Shown here: piece by piece, positions 6,395-13,880 of the stretch | How positions within the stretch are numbered: the stretch's first letter is position 1 | Layout: every line of letters begins with the position of its first letter | DNA from: a virus | Direction: 5' to 3' (one strand) | Virus record (IMG/VR): IMGVR_UViG_3300022746_000018 | DNA length: 64,000 bases | Notes under the pieces: model-generated | What the model was told of the DNA's origin: nothing | Database searches by the model: none | The model's input: only the letters and a program-made list of their open reading frames with translations | Position numbers and translations under genes: made by a program

Positions 6395-6826
6395 ATGGCT
6401 CGTGCCCTATCTGTAAAAGTTCCAACCGCAAGTGTAATCGCTCTTATTGAGCAGAAGATTGCTGACATTGAAGTAAAGGTTGCTTCCTACAACGAAGATG
6501 TAAAGGCATACAAGGAAGCATACAAGCAGTATAAGCGTGACCTTGTTTCTGCTGCTGTTGAGGCTATCAAGAACAACGCTGATGAAGATGCTTTTGACGC
6601 TACCACTTCATACAATGGTCGTGATGTAAACCTGACCATTAGCGGTTCGTTGATTATCCTGCCAGAGCCACCTGCTCAGGTTACTGACCCAAACCAGCGT
6701 GAGTGGATTGGTCGTGAGCACATCTCTCGCCTTGAGGTTTTGAAGAAGAACCTTGCTGTGCTAAAGATGACCACCCAAGAGGAAATCAACGCAAGTTCCT
6801 ACTCGTCTGTAATGGACTTGCTGTAA
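6395..6826 (+). CDS. hypothetical protein (143 aa)
   Basis: Internal ATG of track ORF 6356..6826 follows AAAGAAAGAAAACTAAA. Confidence 0.75.
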   Translation: MARALSVKVPTASVIALIEQKIADIEVKVASYNEDVKAYKEAYKQYKRDLVSAAVEAIKNNADEDAFDATTSYNGRDVNLTISGSLIILPEPPAQVTDPNQREWIGREHISRLEVLKKNLAVLKMTTQEEINASSYSSVMDLL

Positions 6827-6923
6827 AACCATTTGGCTTCCCCTAGTCTTCCGTTCCGTAAGGGTAAATCGCTAGACTTGCGTTAGCCAAAACACCTGAG
6901 TATGTGTTCTAAACTGCTCACCT

Positions 6924-6995
6924 GCCCCCATAGGATAGTGGTTAGTCTTCTGGTCTTTCATACCAGCGGTGAGAGTTCGATTCTCTCTGGGGGTG
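6924..6995 (+). tRNA. tRNA-Glu (anticodon TTC)
   Basis: Hand-folded cloverleaf. Acceptor GCCCCCA/TGGGGGT, anticodon loop CTTTCAT, T arm GAGAG-TTCGATT-CTCTC. Confidence 0.8.
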
Positions 6996-7013
6996 CTTCG
7001 GGGGTCGGCCCCC
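6996..7013. repeat. G4-N4-C4 element, copy 9
   Basis: CTTCGGGGGTCGGCCCCC immediately 3' of tRNA-Glu. Confidence 0.8.
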
Positions 7014-7073
7014 TCAGCTCATGATCCATTTACGATAACGTTACGACACGCTAAAATATTTTCCCAAATAGTC

Positions 7074-7102
7074 TTGACAAACACCCCAAACTCATGTATT
7101 CT
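7074..7102 (+). promoter_or_regulatory. promoter TTGACA-N17-TATTCT (TGn)
   Basis: TTGACA 7074-7079, TGtATTCT ending at 7102. Confidence 0.55.
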
Positions 7103-7139
7103 AGTCTTATAAGAAATCCCCTACAGAAAGAAGTGGCTC

Positions 7140-8159
7140 ATGGCTCACGAACTAGAAATCAATGAAGAAACTGGCGAAGCAACTTTTGCGTCTTTGCGTG
7201 AACCTGCTTGGCATGGACTAGGCACTGTATTTACTGAAGAAGTAACTACTGCTAAGATGTTGGAACTTGCTCACCTTGACAACTGGAATGTTCGCCTAGA
7301 GGACGTTGCTGTGCCAGAGGGTTTTGCTAGTGACAAGACCTACTCATTCGTTACTCGCACTAACCCATTCAATAAAGACCAGAACGACATTCTTGGTGTT
7401 GTTGGTGAGCGTTACAAGGTTTTGCAGAATGAAGACCTGTTTACCTTTGGTGACAACCTGCTAGATGGTGGTAGCCGTTGGGAAACTGCTGGCTCTATCA
7501 AGGGTGGACGACAGGTGTTTGGTTCGCTTGCTCTTGAGCGTGAAACTATTCTAGACCCTAATGGTGTATCTGATAAGGTAAAGACTTATCTGCTAATCAA
7601 TACCTCGCACGATGGTTCTGTGGCTATTCAGGCAAGCATTACCCCTGTTCGTGTTGTCTGTGCAAATACTCTGAACCTTGCTCTGTCTGCTGTTCGTGGC
7701 AAGAAAGCACCTAAGCAGACTTTCAAGATTCGTCACACTCAGACTGCAGAGGGCAAGATTGCTATTGCACGAGAAGCACTTGGCTTGGCTAATGCTTACA
7801 TGGACGAGTTTGACCTAATGGCTAAGGCTATGATTGAGAAGACCGTTACCGATAACCAGTTCTTGGAAATCATTGCTAAGGCATACCCTGCACCAGAAAA
7901 GGACGCTAAGGGTTCGTTCAAGAAGTATGACGCTAAGGTAGATTTGCTTCAGGGCATTTATCGTGGACAGTTCAACGACACTATCGCTGGAACTGCTTGG
8001 GGTGCTTACAATGCATTGACCGAGCGTCTGGACTGGTATCGTTCTGCACGAGGTGGCAGTAACGAATCTATCTTGGCTAGTGCTTCAGGCTTTGACCCAA
8101 TGGTGAACGCTGAGAAGAACCGCCTAATGAAGATTGTTCAGGAAGTGGTTATGGCGTAA
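7140..8159 (+). CDS. DUF932-family protein (phage/plasmid-like, tentative)
   Basis: 339-aa track ORF. N-terminal LREPAWHGLG pattern recalled from DUF932. RBS GAAAGAAGTGG. Confidence 0.8.
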   Translation: MAHELEINEETGEATFASLREPAWHGLGTVFTEEVTTAKMLELAHLDNWNVRLEDVAVPEGFASDKTYSFVTRTNPFNKDQNDILGVVGERYKVLQNEDLFTFGDNLLDGGSRWETAGSIKGGRQVFGSLALERETILDPNGVSDKVKTYLLINTSHDGSVAIQASITPVRVVCANTLNLALSAVRGKKAPKQTFKIRHTQTAEGKIAIAREALGLANAYMDEFDLMAKAMIEKTVTDNQFLEIIAKAYPAPEKDAKGSFKKYDAKVDLLQGIYRGQFNDTIAGTAWGAYNALTERLDWYRSARGGSNESILASASGFDPMVNAEKNRLMKIVQEVVMA

Positions 8160-8204
8160 GCCATAGCCCAACCTGGGTCTCCTACTTGACAAAGTGGGGG
8201 ATCT

Positions 8205-8217
8205 GGGGTCGGCCCCC
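8205..8217. repeat. G4-N4-C4 element, copy 10
   Basis: GGGGTCGGCCCCC, followed by TGTTACAAA at 8218-8226. Confidence 0.8.
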
Positions 8218-8253
8218 TGTTACAAAACATTTATAAAATATCTTACGAAACAC

Positions 8254-8282
8254 TTGACAAACCCCAGAATCTATGAAACAAT
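8254..8282 (+). promoter_or_regulatory. promoter TTGACA with weak -10
   Basis: TTGACA 8254-8259. Only AACAAT-like hexamers lie at the expected distance. Confidence 0.4.
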
Positions 8283-8308
8283 AGATGTATAAGAAAGGAC
8301 AACCCCTA

Positions 8309-8479
8309 ATGCCTGTTTATACCTATAGAGTGACTGCTACTTATTGGATTGATGTTGAAGCCCCTGATGAATCTACCGCTGAACAGTTGGCTATGACTAA
8401 CTATGAAGATGGTGCTTATGACGGTGTAGATTCCTGTGACCTAATGGCGGTAGAGGAAGATGAGGAAGTAGATGAGTAA
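8309..8479 (+). CDS. hypothetical acidic protein (56 aa)
   Basis: Internal ATG of track ORF 8285..8479 follows AAAGGACAACCCCTA. Confidence 0.65.
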   Translation: MPVYTYRVTATYWIDVEAPDESTAEQLAMTNYEDGAYDGVDSCDLMAVEEDEEVDE

Positions 8480-8657
8480 CTTTATCCGTGCCAGTCTAGT
8501 CTTTGAATACTTTCCAGAAGAAGACGAGATAATGCAAGACCTATCCCCAGAAGAGCAAGAAGAGTATGTTCTAGGGACTGTCATTGAAGACATTTTTTCC
8601 TATCAGTTGCACGGTGAATTGCAAGAGTGTATCAAGATTGAGAGAATCTATGATTGA
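8472..8657 (+). CDS. hypothetical acidic protein (61 aa)
   Basis: Track ORF; 8-nt overlap with the upstream gene. Confidence 0.65.
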   Translation: MSNFIRASLVFEYFPEEDEIMQDLSPEEQEEYVLGTVIEDIFSYQLHGELQECIKIERIYD

Positions 8658-8757
8658 TGATTTTCGTAAACTACTAGACCTAATAATGTCGGAGGGTCTT
8701 GATAGAATAGACTCTCTATCCGATGATGAACTGAGAAAGGTAATGGTTGATGGCTAA
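8650..8757 (+). CDS. hypothetical mini-protein (35 aa)
   Basis: Overlap-coupled. Hand-translated MIDDFRKLLDLIMSEG...VMVDG. Confidence 0.4.
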   Translation: MIDDFRKLLDLIMSEGLDRIDSLSDDELRKVMVDG

Positions 8758-8893
8758 AACCTATGAAGAGGCTATCGGTGAAGCATTTGCTGACGGTGTG
8801 AAGTATGCCCTAGAGTATCTTGAAGAAGTCTATGGCGAGGGAATAATGGAAACGGACATTTGGAATGATTACTTTGGAGAAGACAATGCTTGA
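8750..8893 (+). CDS. hypothetical mini-protein (47 aa)
   Basis: Overlap-coupled. Hand-translated MAKTYEEAIGEAFADG...GEDNA. Confidence 0.45.
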   Translation: MAKTYEEAIGEAFADGVKYALEYLEEVYGEGIMETDIWNDYFGEDNA

Positions 8894-9107
8894 ACTAAGT
8901 CCAGACGCAGACTACACATCTATGGAAGACCTTGCTAACGAACTCATTAGCAGGATAACTAGTTATACATTGGAACAGGAGAAGTTTGACGAAAATGACC
9001 TTGACGGTTTCTATGATTATCTTGGCGGTCTTATTTCTGCTTATCAATCAGTAGCAGGAATGATTGGTGTTCCACACGAGATTGCTTACCCGAACGGAGA
9101 TTGCTAA
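8886..9107 (+). CDS. hypothetical acidic protein (73 aa)
   Basis: Internal ATG of track ORF 8865..9107, overlap-coupled (ATGCTTGA). Confidence 0.6.
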   Translation: MLELSPDADYTSMEDLANELISRITSYTLEQEKFDENDLDGFYDYLGGLISAYQSVAGMIGVPHEIAYPNGDC

Positions 9108-9223
9108 TGAACCTTGATTACCTTACCCCAAGTATGTGGGAGACCCTACGCAAGTTGGATTATTATCAGTTGCTGAAGTTTGCAGAGATGATGCAGCCAG
9201 TAGAGGAGGAATACAATGGATAG
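9107..9223 (+). CDS. hypothetical mini-protein (38 aa)
   Basis: TAATG coupling. Hand-translated MNLDYLTPSMWETLRK... Confidence 0.4.
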   Translation: MNLDYLTPSMWETLRKLDYYQLLKFAEMMQPVEEEYNG

Positions 9224-9338
9224 CGAGTATGTAGCAGAGCTAGTAGCAATGTATCAAGAGGGAGAAATCTCTGCCACCGATTTGATGATGGATTTGGATA
9301 TTGGTGGATTTGATGGAGATTTGCTAGACTTCCTGTAA
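9216..9338 (+). CDS. hypothetical mini-protein (40 aa)
   Basis: RBS GAGGAGGAATACA. Hand-translated MDSEYVAELVAMYQEG... Confidence 0.5.
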   Translation: MDSEYVAELVAMYQEGEISATDLMMDLDIGGFDGDLLDFL

Positions 9339-9342
9339 CCAG

Positions 9343-9362
9343 GACCCTTCGGGGTCGGCCCC
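9343..9362. repeat. G4-N4-C4 element, copy 11 with UUCG hairpin
   Basis: GACCC-TTCG-GGGTC followed by GGCCCC. Confidence 0.8.
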
Positions 9363-9425
9363 TTATTTAGATATATAATGATCAAATATCGATTACGATA
9401 GATCTAAAAATTTCCCAGAAACCGC

Positions 9426-9454
9426 TTGACAAATGCTTAGTCCTCTGTCATAAT
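9426..9454 (+). promoter_or_regulatory. promoter TTGACA-N17-CATAAT
   Basis: TTGACA 9426-9431, CATAAT 9449-9454. An ATTACGATA box lies at 9392-9400 upstream. Confidence 0.65.
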
Positions 9455-9483
9455 AGATATACAACCCCAAGAGAAAGAACCCC

Positions 9484-10026
9484 ATGCATACTTTACATTG
9501 GATTGCAGTAAAAGACGTAGAAGATAAAGACATGGCTCTACGCACAGTCACAAATAACCTAGAAGCCCTAATGGGAGACGAATACTCTGGTGGCACTTGG
9601 TTTGACTGGTTTGTTGCTGGTGGTGGACGCTGGAATGTTGAAGAAGGCGAAGACTTTGCAGAAGCATATAAAGACTATAAGACTAATATGATTATCTCTT
9701 TTGAGGAAGAGCCTGACCTATTTGAAGAGCGTGTCCTTCTGTCTATGGAAGCACGTAAGTCAGAGTTTGATAGTTATGCTAAAGACGTGAAGCCAGAGTT
9801 GCTTACTAAGATTATTAGTGAATACAATCCACGTGAGATTGACTGGTCTATTACTATGGATGTTTATCCTATCAAGAAGGTTATTGATATGGCATATGGA
9901 GAGTGGGATTTCAACTCTTATTTCTATGACATGGAAAATACTTCAACTACCCCGAAATATATGTTTGAAACTATTGACAAGGGCGACAAGAACTGGTATA
10001 TTGTTCCTGTAGACTTCCACTTCTAA
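9484..10026 (+). CDS. hypothetical protein (180 aa)
   Basis: Track ORF with the RBS GAGAAAGAACCCC. Confidence 0.8.
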   Translation: MHTLHWIAVKDVEDKDMALRTVTNNLEALMGDEYSGGTWFDWFVAGGGRWNVEEGEDFAEAYKDYKTNMIISFEEEPDLFEERVLLSMEARKSEFDSYAKDVKPELLTKIISEYNPREIDWSITMDVYPIKKVIDMAYGEWDFNSYFYDMENTSTTPKYMFETIDKGDKNWYIVPVDFHF

Positions 10027-10038
10027 GGAGAACCCCAA

Positions 10039-10179
10039 ATGGAATACAAAATTACACTAGTTCATTCACCAAGTGGTCAGTATCTAGAGTTTTATGCTGA
10101 CCTTGATGAGTTTGATGAACAAGACATTGCTGATGATATTATTTCTAATTGTTACGTTTCTGTGGAGTGTGTGGAGTAG
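10039..10179 (+). CDS. hypothetical mini-protein (46 aa)
   Basis: RBS AAGGAGAACCCCAA. Hand-translated MEYKITLVHSPSGQY... Confidence 0.55.
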   Translation: MEYKITLVHSPSGQYLEFYADLDEFDEQDIADDIISNCYVSVECVE

Positions 10180-10182
10180 ATA

Positions 10183-10602
10183 ATGTCTAAGTTTTATACA
10201 TATGACGCTTGGGTTCGTGAGTTTCAACCTATCAAGAATACTATCACTAAGTATCCTGACATTCTTCACTTTGAAACTTATGGTGAGGAAGTAGAGTTTG
10301 TTCAGAAGGCAGATAACAAGTATATCTGGACTGAAGTAGATGGTGATAGTGGCACTTACATTATTGCAGGGTATCACTATGTGAACCGTATCCATTACTA
10401 CATTACAGAGAACCCTTGGGACGATGAGTATACCGAGGTTCCTACTTGGGTATACCGCCGTTGTGACTGCACCGAGGAAGATGGTTTCGAAGACGGTAAC
10501 CCAGATTGCACTGAATGCGAGTATGGTGACATTGATATCTCTATTGATACTATCGAAGACCTAAAGCAGATTTATGGAGAGGAGGCCAACATTGTTAGTT
10601 AA
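10183..10602 (+). CDS. hypothetical protein (139 aa)
   Basis: Track ORF. Confidence 0.75.
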   Translation: MSKFYTYDAWVREFQPIKNTITKYPDILHFETYGEEVEFVQKADNKYIWTEVDGDSGTYIIAGYHYVNRIHYYITENPWDDEYTEVPTWVYRRCDCTEEDGFEDGNPDCTECEYGDIDISIDTIEDLKQIYGEEANIVS

Positions 10603-10852
10603 TAAGTTTACTTTACTTGTTGACAATGAATGGCTTCGTGAGATTCTTAAGCACTATGACCATGTAGAGGGCGGTGAGGTATTTCAACTACTGGACCAGG
10701 AATCGATCGAAATCTGTGATGACTGTCAATCATACTTGACAAAGGATGACGGAGAGGTTATCATGGATGTATACCGTTGCCCAGACCAGCAAGAGTTTTG
10801 CCTCAATTGCTGTGGATGCCCAGAACACGAAGGAGAACTTTGGTATGAGTAA
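10592..10852 (+). CDS. Cys-rich hypothetical protein (about 86 aa)
   Basis: Track ORF 10574..10852. A TTG at 10592 sits 6 nt after GGAGG (10581-10585) and is the more likely start. CDDC...CLNCCGC motifs. Confidence 0.6.
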   Translation: MLVNKFTLLVDNEWLREILKHYDHVEGGEVFQLLDQESIEICDDCQSYLTKDDGEVIMDVYRCPDQQEFCLNCCGCPEHEGELWYE

Positions 10853-11231
10853 TTATCTAGATAAGAACACACTGAGTATTTTGGAATATGACCTAAACGT
10901 TTTCTATGCTGAAGACTGGTCTGAAGAAAAGGGCACCACTTGGGAGGACGTATACACTATTCAGCCTAGTATTTACTATGTAGTTAAAGATACATGGGCA
11001 TCCTCACGTGTATATATGAAATCATTCAAGTTGACTCTAGCAGAGACTAGGGCCATTGCTCCTGACTTCCCTGAAGAAGAGTGGGGTAGTGATTTCTTCA
11101 TTGGCCTAGAGTATTTCACTAATACCTGTAAGGCACTTCCTGACAGTGTTAGAGACAAGCTAGCTTTACTTCCAAACCTAGACATGCTAGATATCGATCC
11201 CGATGCTAGTGAACTAGAATGGATTAATTAG
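10845..11231 (+). CDS. hypothetical protein (128 aa)
   Basis: Internal ATG of track ORF 10746..11231 follows GAAGGAGAACTTTGGT. Overlap ATGAGTAA. Confidence 0.7.
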   Translation: MSNYLDKNTLSILEYDLNVFYAEDWSEEKGTTWEDVYTIQPSIYYVVKDTWASSRVYMKSFKLTLAETRAIAPDFPEEEWGSDFFIGLEYFTNTCKALPDSVRDKLALLPNLDMLDIDPDASELEWIN

Positions 11232-11315
11232 TCTTCCCTGTTGAGATTACTCCAGGGGTGGACCACCAGTAAGGGGTTGCTAGGTGGGTCCAAGGGGGAA
11301 GTTGGGATTTAGGTC

Positions 11316-11344
11316 TTGACTTCCCCCTCTTATTTTGATAAAAT
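11316..11344 (+). promoter_or_regulatory. promoter TTGACT-N17-TAAAAT (TGn)
   Basis: TTGACT 11316-11321, TGaTAAAAT ending at 11344. Confidence 0.6.
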
Positions 11345-11370
11345 GTATGTGTATAAGTGAATAGAGTATT

Positions 11371-11580
11371 ATGGCAAAACAAACTAATGAAGAGAAAGCA
11401 GTAAGCGTAATCGCAAAACTACTAGCAAGTCTAGATTTGGACATTGAAATGGTTGGTCGCTATCTAGCCCAAAATGTCAGTAGGGTAGTGTATAATCGTT
11501 TTATAACAATCGCTGAGAGTGCGGAATACGAGCAAGAGAAAAAGAAAGCAAGGATTGAAGACTATGGAAACTACTTTTGA
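11371..11580 (+). CDS. hypothetical protein (69 aa)
   Basis: Track ORF. Confidence 0.65.
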   Translation: MAKQTNEEKAVSVIAKLLASLDLDIEMVGRYLAQNVSRVVYNRFITIAESAEYEQEKKKARIEDYGNYF

Positions 11581-11845
11581 AAACAAGTGCGTTATTCTAG
11601 CAGACCTATGGCTAGAGTATCGGGAAGACCCAGAGTTTGAAGACTACATCAAGTATAATGACCTATCACTTCCACTAGCATACGCTATCACTAATAAGAT
11701 AATCGAACCTAGTGACAGAGCAAAGTCTTTCATCAACGAGGGATTTGCCTTGCTGCTTGATTTGCTAGATGTATCAGATGACAACTATCAAAGTCTAGAT
11801 GACTTGTTTGCTGGTTCTATTGGAGACACTCCAGAAGAAAATTAA
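11564..11845 (+). CDS. hypothetical acidic protein (93 aa)
   Basis: Internal ATG of track ORF 11519..11845 follows AGGATTGAAGACT. It is the last gene of the + block. Confidence 0.65.
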   Translation: METTFENKCVILADLWLEYREDPEFEDYIKYNDLSLPLAYAITNKIIEPSDRAKSFINEGFALLLDLLDVSDDNYQSLDDLFAGSIGDTPEEN

Positions 11846-11850
11846 CTAGA

Positions 11851-11880
11851 CAGGCTCATATCAGAAATGGTATGGGCTTG
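11851..11880 (+). terminator. 10-bp stem-loop at the end of the early block (no U-tract)
   Basis: CAGGCTCATA-loop-TATGGGCTTG with two G-U pairs, hand-folded. Confidence 0.4.
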
Positions 11881-11883
11881 CCT

Positions 11884-11894
11884 GGGCCGACCAC
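11884..11894. repeat. G4-N4-C4 element, copy 12 (inverted, degenerate)
   Basis: GGGCCGACCAC. Confidence 0.65.
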
Positions 11895-12002
11895 ACCAAA
11901 CACCAAATGTCAAGTAGCAAAAATAACAAATAAATAACATTACGATAGCTATCCAAAATTCGTGGAAGTTTCCAAATTGGGATATCAAGTTATGTGTTTG
12001 TA

Positions 12003-12155
12003 TATAGGGTATTTCTACTATAGGGTATTACGATCATCAATTTAGATACCCCCGATTTGAGGGGGTCTGCCTGGCAGGGTATTACGAAGTATCCCAAAAT
12101 CCCCCTATAAGTAATAACACCCTATATACAATATATAAGCAATTTCTACCCTATA
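12003..12155. repeat. iteron-like TATAGGGT / AGGGTATT repeats around a GC hairpin
   Basis: TATAGGGT is direct at 12003 and 12019 and inverted at 12119 and 12148. Partial copies lie at 12076 and 12103. Hairpin ACCCCC/GGGGGT spans 12048-12066. Confidence 0.7.
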
Positions 12156-12159
12156 AGAT

Positions 12160-12224
12160 AAAACACTTTTTCTTTTTGATATTTATTTATTTATATTATT
12201 TATTGATATTTATTCTCAATAAGC
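12160..12224. other. AT-rich DUE-like tract with two TTGATATTTATT 12-mers
   Basis: Almost pure A/T. The 12-mers lie at 12176-12187 and 12203-12214. Confidence 0.6.
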
Positions 12225-12253
12225 TTGACAAATTGATCAAAATATGATATGGA
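12225..12253 (+). promoter_or_regulatory. possible promoter TTGACA-N17-TATGGA reading into the DnaA-box cluster
   Basis: TTGACA 12225-12230. The -10 is weak, with an upstream TG. Confidence 0.3.
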
Positions 12254-12335
12254 TATTTGGGGGTATATGGCTATTTGGATATGGGGATTTGGAGGTTTAG
12301 GAGCTATGCTGAGATAGGGCTATTTGGGGCTAGAA
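12245..12335. repeat. degenerate ATATGG / ATTTGG short tandem repeats
   Basis: GATATGGATATTTGGGGGTATATGGCTATTTGGATATGGGGATTTGG... Confidence 0.55.
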
Positions 12336-12452
12336 GGGGGCAAGGAGGGCCGAACAGCATTACGATGGCCCCTTATATACCTGTATTATTACCCAAACAA
12401 CATTTCCCAAATCAATCCCTATTGATAACCATTATCATCAGTAATATCTATC

Positions 12453-12551
12453 TGTGGAAAACTATGTGGATAAGTCTGTGGATATGTCCTAGTTATCTGT
12501 GGATAACTAAGGACTAGGCGTAGCCATAACTCTATTTTAGACTGTGGATAA
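12453..12551 (+). promoter_or_regulatory. cluster of five co-oriented DnaA boxes
   Basis: TGTGGAAAA 12453, TGTGGATAA 12465, TGTGGATAT 12477, TGTGGATAA 12498, TGTGGATAA 12543. Confidence 0.65.
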
Positions 12552-12557
12552 CTTGGA

Positions 12558-12749
12558 TTAAGCGAAGTCATAAATGTCATTTTCGTCTAAATCAGGGGTA
12601 TCCAGGTCTAGCTTCTTGTGGATAGATCTGTGGATATCTTGAAAGTTATTTATGTTATTGTTTACAAAATCTTGTTTAAATAATGTGTCACACATATCAC
12701 AATATAACTCCGTATCAGATAGTGTCTTTACATAGAAAAGTCTTTGCAT
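12558..12749 (-). CDS. hypothetical protein (63 aa)
   Basis: Track ORF; the last gene of the - block. Confidence 0.6.
   Translation of the reverse strand: MQRLFYVKTLSDTELYCDMCDTLFKQDFVNNNINNFQDIHRSIHKKLDLDTPDLDENDIYDFA
12617..12637 (+). promoter_or_regulatory. two further DnaA-box-like 9-mers inside a CDS
   Basis: TGTGGATAG 12617 and TGTGGATAT 12629, in the same orientation as the cluster. Confidence 0.4.
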
Positions 12750-12844
12750 TATTTCCCTAAATACAGACTATAGGCAACATAACATTCAATCAAGTCATAG
12801 CCCATTACTTCTGATTCTTCACCAGCTATTACGATCTTATACAT
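12749..12844 (-). CDS. possible mini-protein (31 aa)
   Basis: TAATG coupling to the downstream gene. Hand-translated MYKIVIAGEESEVMGYDL... Confidence 0.25.
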   Translation of the reverse strand: MYKIVIAGEESEVMGYDLIECYVAYSLYLGK

Positions 12845-12902
12845 TTCATTAGGATGTATTTGTATCAATAGGTATTCTTTCTACTTGTAATTTGTTATAG
12901 GG

Positions 12903-13154
12903 TTAGTGAGCTATCTTTTCTATACCCTGCAAAATTTGGGATTTCAAATTGGAGATATCTTCTACCAGGGTTTCTCCTACCCATTCACCAGACTCTATAA
13001 TTCCTACTAGGATTTCTTGTGCATATAGGGATGCGAATTTTCTACCATTTACATACCCTGCCCAATAGTGCTCACAGTCTTTCTGGTAGCCTTCGCATTC
13101 AGGACATGCACGGTTAGCATAATAGAAATCATTTGCGTTCATACTATTCATCAC
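12903..13154 (-). CDS. hypothetical Cys-containing protein (about 80 aa)
   Basis: Track ORF. The start is ambiguous (13142-13154). CPECEGYQKDCEH motif. Confidence 0.65.
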   Translation of the reverse strand: MMNSMNANDFYYANRACPECEGYQKDCEHYWAGYVNGRKFASLYAQEILVGIIESGEWVGETLVEDISNLKSQILQGIEKIAH

Positions 13155-13572
13155 TTACCCAATTCTTTTTATCAAAGATGTTTACAAACTTGTCTTCTTT
13201 TATCTCTGGCACTTCTTTTACTAGGAGTGAGAATCCTGTGCCATAGTATCCATTACCATCACTACCGCTGATATCTGCTACTGATGTTGAGATACCCCCA
13301 GAATATACAAATAGTTGATAAAACTTGTCTTCCTCATATTCATCAAGATCGATTACCTTGACTTCTACATTTGTAATGATGTTATCAAACTTGTTGATAT
13401 TATCTAAGTAGTAGTCTCCAGCAGAACAAGCACACCCACCCTTATTAGGATAAACAAATAGCTCAGTGCCAGTATCTAGGGTAAGGACATTATTTTCTGC
13501 CTTCACAATCTTTCGACCAAGAAGAGCAGACTTAATCTTATCAGCTTCGTAATATCCGATTAAGCTTTCCAT
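13144..13572 (-). CDS. hypothetical protein (142 aa)
   Basis: Track ORF, ATGA-type coupling. Confidence 0.75.
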   Translation of the reverse strand: MESLIGYYEADKIKSALLGRKIVKAENNVLTLDTGTELFVYPNKGGCACSAGDYYLDNINKFDNIITNVEVKVIDLDEYEEDKFYQLFVYSGGISTSVADISGSDGNGYYGTGFSLLVKEVPEIKEDKFVNIFDKKNWVSDE

Positions 13573-13880
13573 TAGTTATCCCAAGGGGCTTTCTTGCTAA
13601 ATAAGTCATTTAATCCTTTGCTAAACTTAGATGGTCTATTAAGATCTTCTAGCATTTGAGCATATGCTTCCTGGCTAAATGTAATTGTATATGGTTCTGG
13701 CTTTTGTGTTCCATAGAAACGCTCACTTAGATTCTTTACAATCATCTCTAGATTGTTAATACTACTACCATAGAACTTAACAGTATCTTCTAGCTCAGAG
13801 ATACGTGCTTCATGGTATGCAATTATTTCAGAATGCATTGCTACAATTTCTTCAAATAGCTTTTCTGTTTCTTTATTCAT
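13572..13880 (-). CDS. hypothetical coiled-coil protein (102 aa)
   Basis: Track ORF 13572..13883; the ATG at 13880 is preferred over the TTG. Confidence 0.7.
   Translation of the reverse strand: MNKETEKLFEEIVAMHSEIIAYHEARISELEDTVKFYGSSINNLEMIVKNLSERFYGTQKPEPYTITFSQEAYAQMLEDLNRPSKFSKGLNDLFSKKAPWDN

Noticed and set aside
508-11894. Whether the 12 short GC-rich repeats could be a CRISPR array
   Set aside because: The repeats are only about 12 nt long and occur in both orientations. They are separated by 350-2500 bp of promoters and genes, and no cas genes are present.
12257-12517. 86-aa + strand ORF in the convergence gap
   Set aside because: It is made entirely of the ATATGG/ATTTGG repeats and DnaA boxes. 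It has no RBS, and its composition looks non-coding.
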